37,441 bases of DNA. Source: Flavobacteriaceae bacterium (lineage in GTDB: Bacteria > Bacteroidota > Bacteroidia > Flavobacteriales > Flavobacteriaceae). The DNA is taken from positions 396 to 37,836 of the forward strand of contig JABAYZ010000064.1 of NCBI GenBank assembly GCA_018608735.1. The letters are read 5' to 3'. Numbering within the stretch: position 1 is the stretch's first letter; each line of letters begins with the position of its first letter. The position numbers and the translations under genes were made by a program. The notes below the pieces were generated by a model that did not search any database, was not told the DNA's origin, and saw only the letters and a program-made list of their open reading frames with translations. Of this stretch, positions 1 through 8,797 are shown piece by piece.

Positions 1-785
1 ATTTGAGAAAATTCCTCAACATCTAAAGAAAAAGAAGCGTCAGCACCGCCAACAGATTTATCTAAAATGAAATGTTTTTCAATAACTTTAGCTCCTAATG
101 CAACTGAAACGGTTGGCACTATTGTTCCTAAGGTATGGTCTGAAAGGCCGGGTATTACCTGAAATGTGTCAGCGAAATTGTTCAATGTTTTAAGGTTAGC
201 GTCTTCAATTGGAGCTGGATATGAGGTGGTACATTTTAACAAAACAATATTGTTGTTCCCTACATTCCTGCACGTTTGAATCGCCAAATCAATGTCAGAA
301 ATGGTGGCAATTCCTGTACTAATTATTATTGGTTTGCCGGTTTTAGCACATTTTTCAATTAACGGAATGTCTAAAATTTCTGGAGATGCAATTTTATAGG
401 CAGGGGTATTCAGGCTTTCTAAAAAGTCTACTGCGGTCAAATCAAACGGAGATGAAAAACAAACTAAGCCTTCCTCCTTTGCTACCTCAAACAGTCTTTC
501 ATGCCATTCCCAGGGCAAATGCGTTTCGGTATAAAGTTCGTGTAAATATTTACCATCCCATTGCGTCCCATGATTTACTAAAAACGCTTCATTTTTTACA
601 TCTAGTGTAATTGTATCTGGCGTAAAGGTTTGTAGCTTAATCGCATCTGCGCCTGTTTTTTTTGCGGCTCGAATGGTTTCTATGGCTATGTTGATGTCTT
701 TTCCGTGATTCGCAGAAAGCTCAGCAATAATAAAGCATGGATTACTCCCACCTATTTCCGTATTTCCTATGTGTATATTTTTCAT
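1..785 (-). CDS. pseI: Pseudaminic acid synthase (NeuB family), 3' end outside window
   Basis: Not in ORF track; my translation from ATG at 785 gives MKNIHIGNTEIGGSNPCFIIAELSANH...GADAIKLQTFTPDTITL...PWEWH...FSSPFD...YKIASPEI...KCTTSYPAP...GLSDHT...VIEKHF, which are NeuB/PseI motifs; frame stays open to the window edge; pseB/pseC/pseG context. Confidence 0.92.
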   Translation of the reverse strand, partial: MKNIHIGNTEIGGSNPCFIIAELSANHGKDINIAIETIRAAKKTGADAIKLQTFTPDTITLDVKNEAFLVNHGTQWDGKYLHELYTETHLPWEWHERLFEVAKEEGLVCFSSPFDLTAVDFLESLNTPAYKIASPEILDIPLIEKCAKTGKPIIISTGIATISDIDLAIQTCRNVGNNNIVLLKCTTSYPAPIEDANLKTLNNFADTFQVIPGLSDHTLGTIVPTVSVALGAKVIEKHFILDKSVGGADASFSLDVEEFSQ

Positions 786-789
786 TGTT

Positions 790-1728
790 TTAACTTATAA
801 ACTCGTTAAATCCTTTATAAAATGTTCGTCCTTCTTTAGCCGCTTCGTAAGGTTCTAATTCCATATTTAGCTTGTCTTGAATTGACCATTCTAAATCTTT
901 AAAACCAAACATATGTCTAAACAAAACAGTGCTTGAAAACCGAGGGTTTATTTCAAAAACAACGGGGCCTTTTTCTGTTAACCTTAATTGTACATTTATA
1001 GATCCCTCAAGGTTGATTTCAACTGCTAAATTTCGTAACAAATTATTAATTTGTTCATTATTAATAATTTCGCCATAACCACTATAGCCACTCGTTAATT
1101 CTCTTTTGAAAACAAGCGTTCTTATTTCTCGTTTTTTACTTCTAAAAACGCCGCATGTGAATTCTCCTTGGTTACCCTCTAAAAACTCTTGTGCAATGAA
1201 ATCTGAATGTTTCGATTTGACATAATTATAGTCCTCTAAATTTTCAACTTTGTAAATCGATGAACTTCCCGATCCTGTTCTCGATTTTAAGATTACTGGA
1301 AACTTAGGCACACGTTCATCGGCAACTGATATCGTTTCTGGAAAAGGTAGATTATTGGATTTTAAAAAATTAACGGTCTCCAATTTATCAAATCCAATTC
1401 TTAAGGCTTCGGAGGAAGCTGTGAGCATTTTAGCCCTTCCTATCGCTTTTAAATTATCTGTGTCTGAAAAATACCTCAGCTCTGGTTCTGACATTGGAAT
1501 AATATAATCAATTTTATTGTCTTCGACAAAGGATTCTAAATTTGGAAGATAGCCTGTGTCAGTGTATGGTAATCCTTTAAAAAAATTTGAATAGATAAAC
1601 TTGCCCGCATTCTTTTCTGAAATATCACAACCATATAATTCATCTACTAATGCACTTTTGTTTAGTATTTTACCTATGCTTTGTCCAATATCTCCCCCGC
1701 ACCCTGTGACTAATATATTAATTTTCAT
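790..1728 (-). CDS. ATP-grasp enzyme (carbamoyl-phosphate-synthase-like/PylC-like small ligase)
   Basis: N-terminal ILVTGCGGDIG, then DKLETV..L, PVILKSRTGSGS, IAQEFLEG.EFT, NVQ and FEINPRFSS ATP-grasp motifs. Confidence 0.85.
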   Translation of the reverse strand: MKINILVTGCGGDIGQSIGKILNKSALVDELYGCDISEKNAGKFIYSNFFKGLPYTDTGYLPNLESFVEDNKIDYIIPMSEPELRYFSDTDNLKAIGRAKMLTASSEALRIGFDKLETVNFLKSNNLPFPETISVADERVPKFPVILKSRTGSGSSSIYKVENLEDYNYVKSKHSDFIAQEFLEGNQGEFTCGVFRSKKREIRTLVFKRELTSGYSGYGEIINNEQINNLLRNLAVEINLEGSINVQLRLTEKGPVVFEINPRFSSTVLFRHMFGFKDLEWSIQDKLNMELEPYEAAKEGRTFYKGFNEFIS

Positions 1729-2437
1729 GATTCTTGTTATTTCTTTTTAATACCTTAAACAGATATTCCTTTTCTTCATTAAACTCTTTTAACTCATTAA
1801 TAACACCTTCTACATTATAAGGTGTGTTTTGGGGGGTATAAACCCCGTTCTGAGTGTTTATAATACCCCAGTTGGCAATTCCTCCAACTGTGCGAGATTG
1901 TCCAACAGAGCCTACATTTACAAGAAACGAATTCTTGCCTTTATAAATCATAGGATAGTGTGTGTGACCATTAAAAACGTAGTCAATATTTTCTATATCA
2001 TTTGCCTTTAAAACTTCTAAGGGGGCATCAGGATATATGTACTGATCCTTATCGTTTGGAGACCCATGACATAGTAGAAAAGACATGTCGTCTTTTGTTA
2101 CAGTCTTTTGTTCTGGTAATTCTTTAATTTCGTTTATAAGTGTTTCAGTAAAATGTGTTTTATAGTACGAAAAACAAGAGCCATACTTGTTATTGATTTC
2201 TTTTTGTCGTGGTTCTGATGCGCTTAAGTATTCTAAAAAAAGACGTTCATGGTTACCAGAAATCATATCAAAAGACCAGTCGTGAATAAGTTCAAAGACT
2301 TCTATAGCGCGATAAAAATAGCCTAATTGATCCCCTAACAAAAATAAATGATCTACTCCCTGTCTTTTTGCCTCCTCAAGCACAGTGCGCAAAGCAATGT
2401 AATTCCCATGTATGTCTGATAATACTCCTATTTTCAT
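1718..2437 (-). CDS. Calcineurin-like metallophosphoesterase (YfcE-like)
   Basis: SDIHGN, LGD, GNHE, HGSP, GHTH and NVGSVG motifs. Confidence 0.9.
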   Translation of the reverse strand: MKIGVLSDIHGNYIALRTVLEEAKRQGVDHLFLLGDQLGYFYRAIEVFELIHDWSFDMISGNHERLFLEYLSASEPRQKEINNKYGSCFSYYKTHFTETLINEIKELPEQKTVTKDDMSFLLCHGSPNDKDQYIYPDAPLEVLKANDIENIDYVFNGHTHYPMIYKGKNSFLVNVGSVGQSRTVGGIANWGIINTQNGVYTPQNTPYNVEGVINELKEFNEEKEYLFKVLKRNNKNHEN

Positions 2438-2438
2438 A

Positions 2439-3134
2439 CTATAAAATATTATATGTGCTTACAATTTCCAATGCGACTTCCTGGGCTGATTTCAATTGAT
2501 TTGTCTTGTGGATCTCTTTAAAAAGCTCAACATTTGGCATTATTTTTTTTGTTTTACTTCTTATATTTTTTTGCATGTCCGTATCCATCACGCCAGGGTC
2601 TAGATTGTGCACTTCAATGTGTTTATTGTGTTCTTCTTGTAGTTTTAGCGTATTAAAAAACATCTCGTTAGCCGATTTTGTACTACAATAAATACCCCAT
2701 CCAATTATTGGCCTTTTTGCAGCTCCACTAGAAATATTAAAAATTCTAATGCGCTTAGATTTATTGTTTTTTATAATATTATTCGCTAACAATAGTGGCG
2801 CAATTGTATTGAGTTGAACGGCTTTTACTATAGATTCATCATCAAAGTTACCAATAGATTCGATTGGATTTATGCTTGCGGCATTATTAATAAAAATCAC
2901 TTCTTTAAATTGAGACGAATAGTAGTTGTTTAGTTTAAGTTCCTCTTCGACATTATTGAGTTTAGATAGATCTTTCTTTATAAAAATAACATGCTTATTC
3001 TTTATTTTTATTTGTTCGTCATTAAAATTTCTTGAAATAGCGATCATAGTAATCTTCTCCTCTGATAAGAATACATTAAAAAAAGCATTCCCTAACCCTT
3101 TATTTACACCTGTTATAATAACTAGTTTTTCCAT
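2439..3134 (-). CDS. Short-chain dehydrogenase/reductase (YueD/sepiapterin-reductase-like)
   Basis: TGVNKGLG, NNAA, NISSGAA, catalytic YCSTK, PGVMDTDMQ. Confidence 0.88.
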   Translation of the reverse strand: MEKLVIITGVNKGLGNAFFNVFLSEEKITMIAISRNFNDEQIKIKNKHVIFIKKDLSKLNNVEEELKLNNYYSSQFKEVIFINNAASINPIESIGNFDDESIVKAVQLNTIAPLLLANNIIKNNKSKRIRIFNISSGAAKRPIIGWGIYCSTKSANEMFFNTLKLQEEHNKHIEVHNLDPGVMDTDMQKNIRSKTKKIMPNVELFKEIHKTNQLKSAQEVALEIVSTYNIL

Positions 3135-3157
3135 AAAATATTTCGCCTAAACCTCTT

Positions 3158-4153
3158 TTATAATAACGCGAGAAAACGTTTTTTTTGTTCTCCGTCTATT
3201 ATTGATTTTTGGTTGTTAATTTGATTTCCAATTTCTTTTTTTGTTAATGCTTCAATTTTGTTTGGGAGCGTATCAAAATTAAAATTACGTAAATCTTCCA
3301 TTCCAAAAAAGACTTCTTTTGTCTTTATTCCGTTATAAAAATCTATTTGATTTTGAACAAAAAATCCTGTATAGGTTAGCATTTTTACTGTGATAACCTC
3401 GTATAGTATTGTACTTGCTGAAACAAAAGAAATGTTAGATTTATGCATAAGGTTGTTAAGCGTCTTTTCATTTAAATTTTTATGTACCTCTATCTTTTTA
3501 ATTTTGTTCGCAATTTCATAAATTTGTTTATGGCTATAGGCACCACCAACAACAACGTTAATCTTTTTAATTTTTTCTATATTTAATATTGCCTGAACCG
3601 TTTTGAAAGTAAAATCAAAATAATCCGAGCCGCCATAACAAACAAATGCAGTGTCTATATTAGAGGGCTTTTTCTCTTGTTTAGCCGAAGCTAAAAAACT
3701 AGGTCTCAATATTGCATAATCCGCGCCCAATCCAAAAAATGTGTACGGTTCGCTAGTAAAGGTTTTCTTATTTACATTTGGTGAGTGATTCACCACGATA
3801 TCAGCATACATGTGTTCTATTGCTAGATCATCTATATAAATTAAAAAATAGCCAAGTTCTTTTATTGTTTTTTGATAGGTGCTTGTAAACTGATACCCAT
3901 CTGATATAATAATATACTCATTATGTGAGAACTTTTTATTTATCCAAAAAGGTTCCTCGCTTATATCTATTTCCTCAGGAATTATTTTTAATGTATAATT
4001 CCTTGGAATAATACTTAAAACAGAGCTCTTCTTTGTTAAAAACACAAAATCAAACTGCTCTTTATAAATCTCTACGAGGGCAAATAAGCGGTATAAATGT
4101 CCTAAACCAGATTCAGCAGTTCCATCGGCTCTAAAAAGTATCTTTTTTGTCAT
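3158..4153 (-). CDS. pseG: UDP-2,4-diacetamido-2,4,6-trideoxy-beta-L-altropyranose hydrolase (PseG/SpsG family)
   Basis: ILFRADG...GLGHLYR, DGY, IDDL, G.DYAILR.SF and GGSD motifs; located in pse cluster. Confidence 0.85.
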   Translation of the reverse strand: MTKKILFRADGTAESGLGHLYRLFALVEIYKEQFDFVFLTKKSSVLSIIPRNYTLKIIPEEIDISEEPFWINKKFSHNEYIIISDGYQFTSTYQKTIKELGYFLIYIDDLAIEHMYADIVVNHSPNVNKKTFTSEPYTFFGLGADYAILRPSFLASAKQEKKPSNIDTAFVCYGGSDYFDFTFKTVQAILNIEKIKKINVVVGGAYSHKQIYEIANKIKKIEVHKNLNEKTLNNLMHKSNISFVSASTILYEVITVKMLTYTGFFVQNQIDFYNGIKTKEVFFGMEDLRNFNFDTLPNKIEALTKKEIGNQINNQKSIIDGEQKKRFLALL

Positions 4154-5466
4154 TAATTTAGACGCTTAAATCCTGAATGACAGACGGGACCCTCTAATAA
4201 ATTATCAATATTTTTAAGGTCTTTATTACATTCTGAAATTGTTTTATAAATCCCATCTAAGGCATCAAAATAGTTTGTGATATGCTCGTCTTTATGTTCT
4301 GTACATGCATAGAAATTTGTACTTGCTAGGAAACCTTTTTTAAGCATTTCTTGAGTTACAAATGTTTTATACTTCATGGCGTCCTTAGCGTTAAAACTAT
4401 AGGTGCATAACGACGGAATTCCTCCTAAGGATATCGATAAATCATGTGTTTCTGCTAATGACTTCCATCCGTTTTGTATTTTTTTTCCTTGCGCTGTTAT
4501 AATATCCCATGAGTTCATTTTCTCCATCACTTCAAGCGTTTTTAGCGCTGCAGTTGGGCCAATACGTTCGGTCCAAAAGGTGCTGCTAATAAACGTGGTT
4601 TGCGCGGCCTCCATAACAGCCCTTCTTCCAACTACTGCGGTGAGTGCATACCCATTTCCAATCGTTTTCCCATACATGGCCATGTCGGGTTCTACCTTGA
4701 ATTTCTGATAGATTCCACCATAAGTTTCTCTGAAACCAGAAGTGCATTCGTCAAAAATCAACACAATATTTAGGGATGTTGCCAGATCTCTCACCTTTTG
4801 AAGGAAATTATCTTCGGGGCCAACATTTCGCATGACTTCCATTTTTATAACCCCTATATCTTTGCTATGAACAATTTCAAGGAGCTCTTCGAAGTTATTA
4901 TAATGGAATGGAAATACAGAGTTCTTTAAGTTTTTAGGAACACCATTAGGGTTCAATCCAGGGATTAAATGACCTGATAAGTCATCACCTCCATTATGAT
5001 TGGCAGATAAATACCAATCGTGCCATCCATGATAACCACATATGGCAACATTGTCTTTTCCAGATGCAGCTCTTGCTATTCTAATCGCAATGGAATTTGC
5101 CTCTCCTCCACTTCTTGCAAATCGAACCATATCTGCCCAGGGATTAATCTCGACTAATTTTTCTGCAAGCGCAACTTCTTCTGGACAATTCAAAGTGCTC
5201 ATATTACCGCTTTTTACGGTCTCTATAACTGCATTGTCTACTTCCTCATTGCCATAGCCTAAGGTGTTTGTTCCTATGCCCATAATACACATATCTGTAT
5301 ATTCTTTTCCATCTAGATCCCAAACTTTACATCCTTTGGCTTTTGAATAGTATGACGGCCAGTTGTCCGGTAAAAACATCTCAGGACGCTTTGATAATAA
5401 CATAGTTCCTCCAGGAATCAATGTTTTGGCTTTGTTGTAAAGGTCTTGACCTGTTCTTTTGCTCAT
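4153..5466 (-). CDS. Class III PLP aminotransferase (glutamate-1-semialdehyde aminomutase-like)
   Basis: KAKGCKVWDLDG, RFARSGGEA, GYHGWHDW, IFDECTSGFR, PLP lysine in YGKTIGNGY, SSTF. Confidence 0.9.
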   Translation of the reverse strand: MSKRTGQDLYNKAKTLIPGGTMLLSKRPEMFLPDNWPSYYSKAKGCKVWDLDGKEYTDMCIMGIGTNTLGYGNEEVDNAVIETVKSGNMSTLNCPEEVALAEKLVEINPWADMVRFARSGGEANSIAIRIARAASGKDNVAICGYHGWHDWYLSANHNGGDDLSGHLIPGLNPNGVPKNLKNSVFPFHYNNFEELLEIVHSKDIGVIKMEVMRNVGPEDNFLQKVRDLATSLNIVLIFDECTSGFRETYGGIYQKFKVEPDMAMYGKTIGNGYALTAVVGRRAVMEAAQTTFISSTFWTERIGPTAALKTLEVMEKMNSWDIITAQGKKIQNGWKSLAETHDLSISLGGIPSLCTYSFNAKDAMKYKTFVTQEMLKKGFLASTNFYACTEHKDEHITNYFDALDGIYKTISECNKDLKNIDNLLEGPVCHSGFKRLN

Positions 5467-5499
5467 AGTTTCAAAAAAATAGTTATTGATGCTAAGTTA

Positions 5500-6264
5500 C
5501 TAATTGTTTTTGTCTTGATTGATGGATTTTTGATATCCTTCATTTCTAACAATCGTATTGTTAAGGGCTTTTATCTCATGATTGTTTAAGTAATAATCCG
5601 CATACGTTTTCCAGTCTTGGTCAAACCCAAGAGCTTCAATGATCTTTTTTATAACTTCAAAATCTTGAGGCTCGTCAACCGTTAATCGGACATGATTATA
5701 GTTTTGTTCTAAACCGTGGTTGTTGGATTTAAAGAGCGTACCCCCTTTATAAGTAGAATTGTTTCTAATGTAGGGAGAGACATGTTCTCTATCTGATTTA
5801 AGCGTTGTATTATTCCACGCTTTTTCAAGTGCAGAAAATTTAAACACTTCTATATCCTGTCCATCTGGATAACGTTCTTCAAAAACATTGGCATAATAAT
5901 CAAGATTTTGCAGCTTTGCTTGGACAATAACTTCATCTAAAAGTTTTGGATCTATTAGAGGGCAATCAGAAGTTAGGCGTACAATAAATGTTGGTTTGAT
6001 TTTTTTCACTGTTTGATAAAACCGATCTAGTACGTCATTTTCACTCCCCCTAAAGTGTTTGATGTTTAAGGTTTCTGCTAACTGCGCAATGACATCATCT
6101 GCTTTTTGACTTGTGGTAGCAATATAAATATCATCAACTTCTTGCGCTTGTTTTATGCGATCGATGTGAATTTGAAGTAGTGTTTTGTCTTGAATTTTTT
6201 TTAAGACTTTATTTGGCAATCGCGTAGATCCTGATCTTGCTTGGGTGATAACAATAACATCCAT
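5500..6264 (-). CDS. SpsF-type cytidylyltransferase (probable CMP-nonulosonate synthetase)
   Basis: QARSGSTRLPNKVL, RGSENDVLDRF, VRLTSDCPLIDP, REHV, RLTVDEPQD. Confidence 0.85.
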   Translation of the reverse strand: MDVIVITQARSGSTRLPNKVLKKIQDKTLLQIHIDRIKQAQEVDDIYIATTSQKADDVIAQLAETLNIKHFRGSENDVLDRFYQTVKKIKPTFIVRLTSDCPLIDPKLLDEVIVQAKLQNLDYYANVFEERYPDGQDIEVFKFSALEKAWNNTTLKSDREHVSPYIRNNSTYKGGTLFKSNNHGLEQNYNHVRLTVDEPQDFEVIKKIIEALGFDQDWKTYADYYLNNHEIKALNNTIVRNEGYQKSINQDKNN

Positions 6265-6265
6265 A

Positions 6266-7141
6266 TTAACTCCAGTTTGAAGGGTTTAACAGTTCAATTT
6301 CTTTTACATCAATCGCATCAATTAAATGATGAGGAATCGCCTGTTCATCTTTACACGAATTTATATTATCAACAAGTTGTTTTGCGGTTTCTACTCCAAT
6401 CAAAACGCGGTCAATGTATTTTTTTTGCAAAACATATTGCAAAGCTAGTGTTTGTGTATTAATTGACGTAGCATTTTTTATGCTTTCCAGTGTATCCAGA
6501 TGTGTTATTAACGGCTTCAAAGTTGCTAATATTTTACTTTTTGGCTTAAAAAACAGCCCTTGTAAAAACACCGAACGCGTGTGCACTTCAATGCCCTTAC
6601 GCTTTGCTTCTTTTAGAAAAACACTTCTTTTAGAATCATTGTCAAATAAGTTAAATGGTATCTGGATAAAATCAAAACCATCATAGTTGTTTAATATATC
6701 TTCTATTTCATTATTACCATAAAGTGAAATCCCAGCTTTTGAAACAAGCCCTTCTTTTTTTGCTAATACTAATTTATCATATAGCCCACCTCTAGCTTTA
6801 AAGCTTGGATAGTTATGAAACATATACCCAAAAAGTTGATCGCTATTTAAAACTTTACAATTATGGGCAACATGGGTAATAAAATTTTCAGGGGTAATCT
6901 CTGCATTGCTAGCGAGTTTAGAGATAATTTGAAACTTTTTATTTGGGAATTCGTTTTGGAATTTTCCTATAATTTCTTGAGAGTTACCATAAGCTTCAGC
7001 GGTATCAAGGGTCCGTATTCCATTGTCAAAAGCAGCCTCTAAAATTTTAAAAGCTTCTTCTAATGATGGTTTTCCATGTGGATTATTAATTCCATAATCT
7101 AACCCTAGTTGGACTGTTCCTAAAATAATTTTTTCAATCAT
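6266..7141 (-). CDS. Aldo/keto reductase
   Basis: LGTVQLGLDYG, DTAEAYG.S, GISLY, IQIPFNLFD, RSVFLQGL. Confidence 0.9.
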   Translation of the reverse strand: MIEKIILGTVQLGLDYGINNPHGKPSLEEAFKILEAAFDNGIRTLDTAEAYGNSQEIIGKFQNEFPNKKFQIISKLASNAEITPENFITHVAHNCKVLNSDQLFGYMFHNYPSFKARGGLYDKLVLAKKEGLVSKAGISLYGNNEIEDILNNYDGFDFIQIPFNLFDNDSKRSVFLKEAKRKGIEVHTRSVFLQGLFFKPKSKILATLKPLITHLDTLESIKNATSINTQTLALQYVLQKKYIDRVLIGVETAKQLVDNINSCKDEQAIPHHLIDAIDVKEIELLNPSNWS

Positions 7142-7658
7142 TGTTTTTTACCATTCGGATAGTGTTACACATCTTGTTGTCGTAAATCCCTACATTTTCA
7201 ATGATAGATTCTGTTTCGAAACCTAATTTTTCATAGAGATTTATAGCTCCCCTATTTCTGTCAATGACTCCTAAAGTGATTTTAGAGAGTTTAAGCGTAT
7301 TAAAGCAATAATCGATAATGGTTTTAGAGGCTTCTTTAGCATAGCCTTTACCCCATTCGTTACAATCTCCCATCAATATTCCGTATTCCCCAGAATTGTT
7401 TTCTAAGTTTATAGGATCAATTTTTATGTTTCCAATATGCTTTTGTGAGCCTTTAATATGGATGGCCCAAAACAAAATATTTTTTTGTTCTTGTTCAATT
7501 AAAAAGGTTTCTAATTTATGTAATGTATAATCGCCTCCAGACTCTAAATATGTATTAACCTTGGTGTCATTAAGCCAATTTACATAGGTCATCGAAAGGT
7601 GTTTTGTTGAAAGTCTTTCATAATAAAGCCTTTCTGACTCTAAATATTTTGCTTTCAT
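7134..7658 (-). CDS. GNAT N-acetyltransferase (RimJ/PseH-like)
   Basis: HIGNIK, GILMGD..WGKGYA.EA, N.GAINLYEKLGF; directly downstream of pseC. Confidence 0.85.
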   Translation of the reverse strand: MKAKYLESERLYYERLSTKHLSMTYVNWLNDTKVNTYLESGGDYTLHKLETFLIEQEQKNILFWAIHIKGSQKHIGNIKIDPINLENNSGEYGILMGDCNEWGKGYAKEASKTIIDYCFNTLKLSKITLGVIDRNRGAINLYEKLGFETESIIENVGIYDNKMCNTIRMVKNND

Positions 7659-8797
7659 TTTACAAAAGTTAATACCTTTTCAATTACAAATGCTTGTTCT
7701 TCATCTGTTAGAGTCGGATACATTGGTAAACTGATGCATTTAGAATAATATATTTCTGAGTGTCTCAAATCTGCGCTGTTGTACCCTATTTCTTTATAAT
7801 AGGGTAAGGTATGCACGGGGATATAATGTATTTGGGCAAAAATTTGATACGTTCTTAAAAAGTCATATAACCCTTTTCTGTCTTCAACTTCAATGATAAA
7901 TAAATGATGTGCATTTAAGGCACCGTCTTGTAGGTTTTGAAATTTTATAAGTCCTTGAAAAGCGTTTTTATAATTTTTGGCGATTTCGTTTCTTCTAGCG
8001 ACGCCAGCGTTATTTTTTGCAAGTTGAGTAATCCCTAAGGCTGATTGTATATCCGTTAGCCTGTAGTTAAACCCTAATTCCTGCATTTCATAAAACCATC
8101 CGCCATGGTCTTCGGACATCTGTTCTTTGGTAATCCCATGTGACCTTAAAGATATTAGCTTTTTATAAAGTGCTTCGGAATTTGTAGTGACCATCCCGCC
8201 TTCCCCACATGCGATGTGTTTTACAGGGTGAAATGAAAATATACCTATATCAGCAAAGTTTCCATTTCCGCACAGTTGTTTCTTGTTTTTTGAATCTGTA
8301 AAATAGCCTCCTGGAGCATGGCAGGCGTCCTCTATGATCCATAAATCGTGTGTGTTGGCTAACGCTTTAAACGCTTCTAAATCTACGGGGAGACCTGCAA
8401 AATCAACAGGAATAATACCCTTAAAAAACCCTTTAGGCTTGCTCTCAATAAGCGTTCTCGTGCTTTCTAAACACAGTGTGTATGAGTCTGGGTCAATGTC
8501 TGCAAACCAAACTTTGCCACCCGCATATCGAACACAGTTAGCGGATGCCGCAAAGGTGATTGGGGTTGTAATAACCCGTTCTCCTTTTTTTAAACCAAGT
8601 GCCAAAACAGCTAAATGCAATCCTGAAGTGGCGTTGTTTACTGCAACTGCATATTTCGCCCCTACATATCCCGCGAACTTATCTTCAAACTCTTTAACTT
8701 TTGGGCCTTGCGTTAAAAAATCTGCAGAAAGTGTTTTTACAACTGTTTCAATATCATTTTGGTCTATATGTTGTCTTCCGTAGGGTATGGGTTTCAT
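7655..8797 (-). CDS. pseC: UDP-4-amino-4,6-dideoxy-N-acetyl-beta-L-altrosamine transaminase
   Basis: IPYGRQ, LTQGP, EDACHA, FSFHPVKHIA.GEGG, LGFNYRLTD; follows pseB. Confidence 0.93.
   Translation of the reverse strand: MKPIPYGRQHIDQNDIETVVKTLSADFLTQGPKVKEFEDKFAGYVGAKYAVAVNNATSGLHLAVLALGLKKGERVITTPITFAASANCVRYAGGKVWFADIDPDSYTLCLESTRTLIESKPKGFFKGIIPVDFAGLPVDLEAFKALANTHDLWIIEDACHAPGGYFTDSKNKKQLCGNGNFADIGIFSFHPVKHIACGEGGMVTTNSEALYKKLISLRSHGITKEQMSEDHGGWFYEMQELGFNYRLTDIQSALGITQLAKNNAGVARRNEIAKNYKNAFQGLIKFQNLQDGALNAHHLFIIEVEDRKGLYDFLRTYQIFAQIHYIPVHTLPYYKEIGYNSADLRHSEIYYSKCISLPMYPTLTDEEQAFVIEKVLTFVK

Noticed and set aside
790-1728. carB call
   Set aside because: Only 312 aa with a single ATP-grasp domain; CarB is over 1000 aa.
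4153-5466. hemL (GSA aminomutase) call
   Set aside because: Lacks the HemL PGGVNSPVR and GCYHGH motifs (has PGGTMLLSKR and GYHGWHDW) and sits in a sugar operon.
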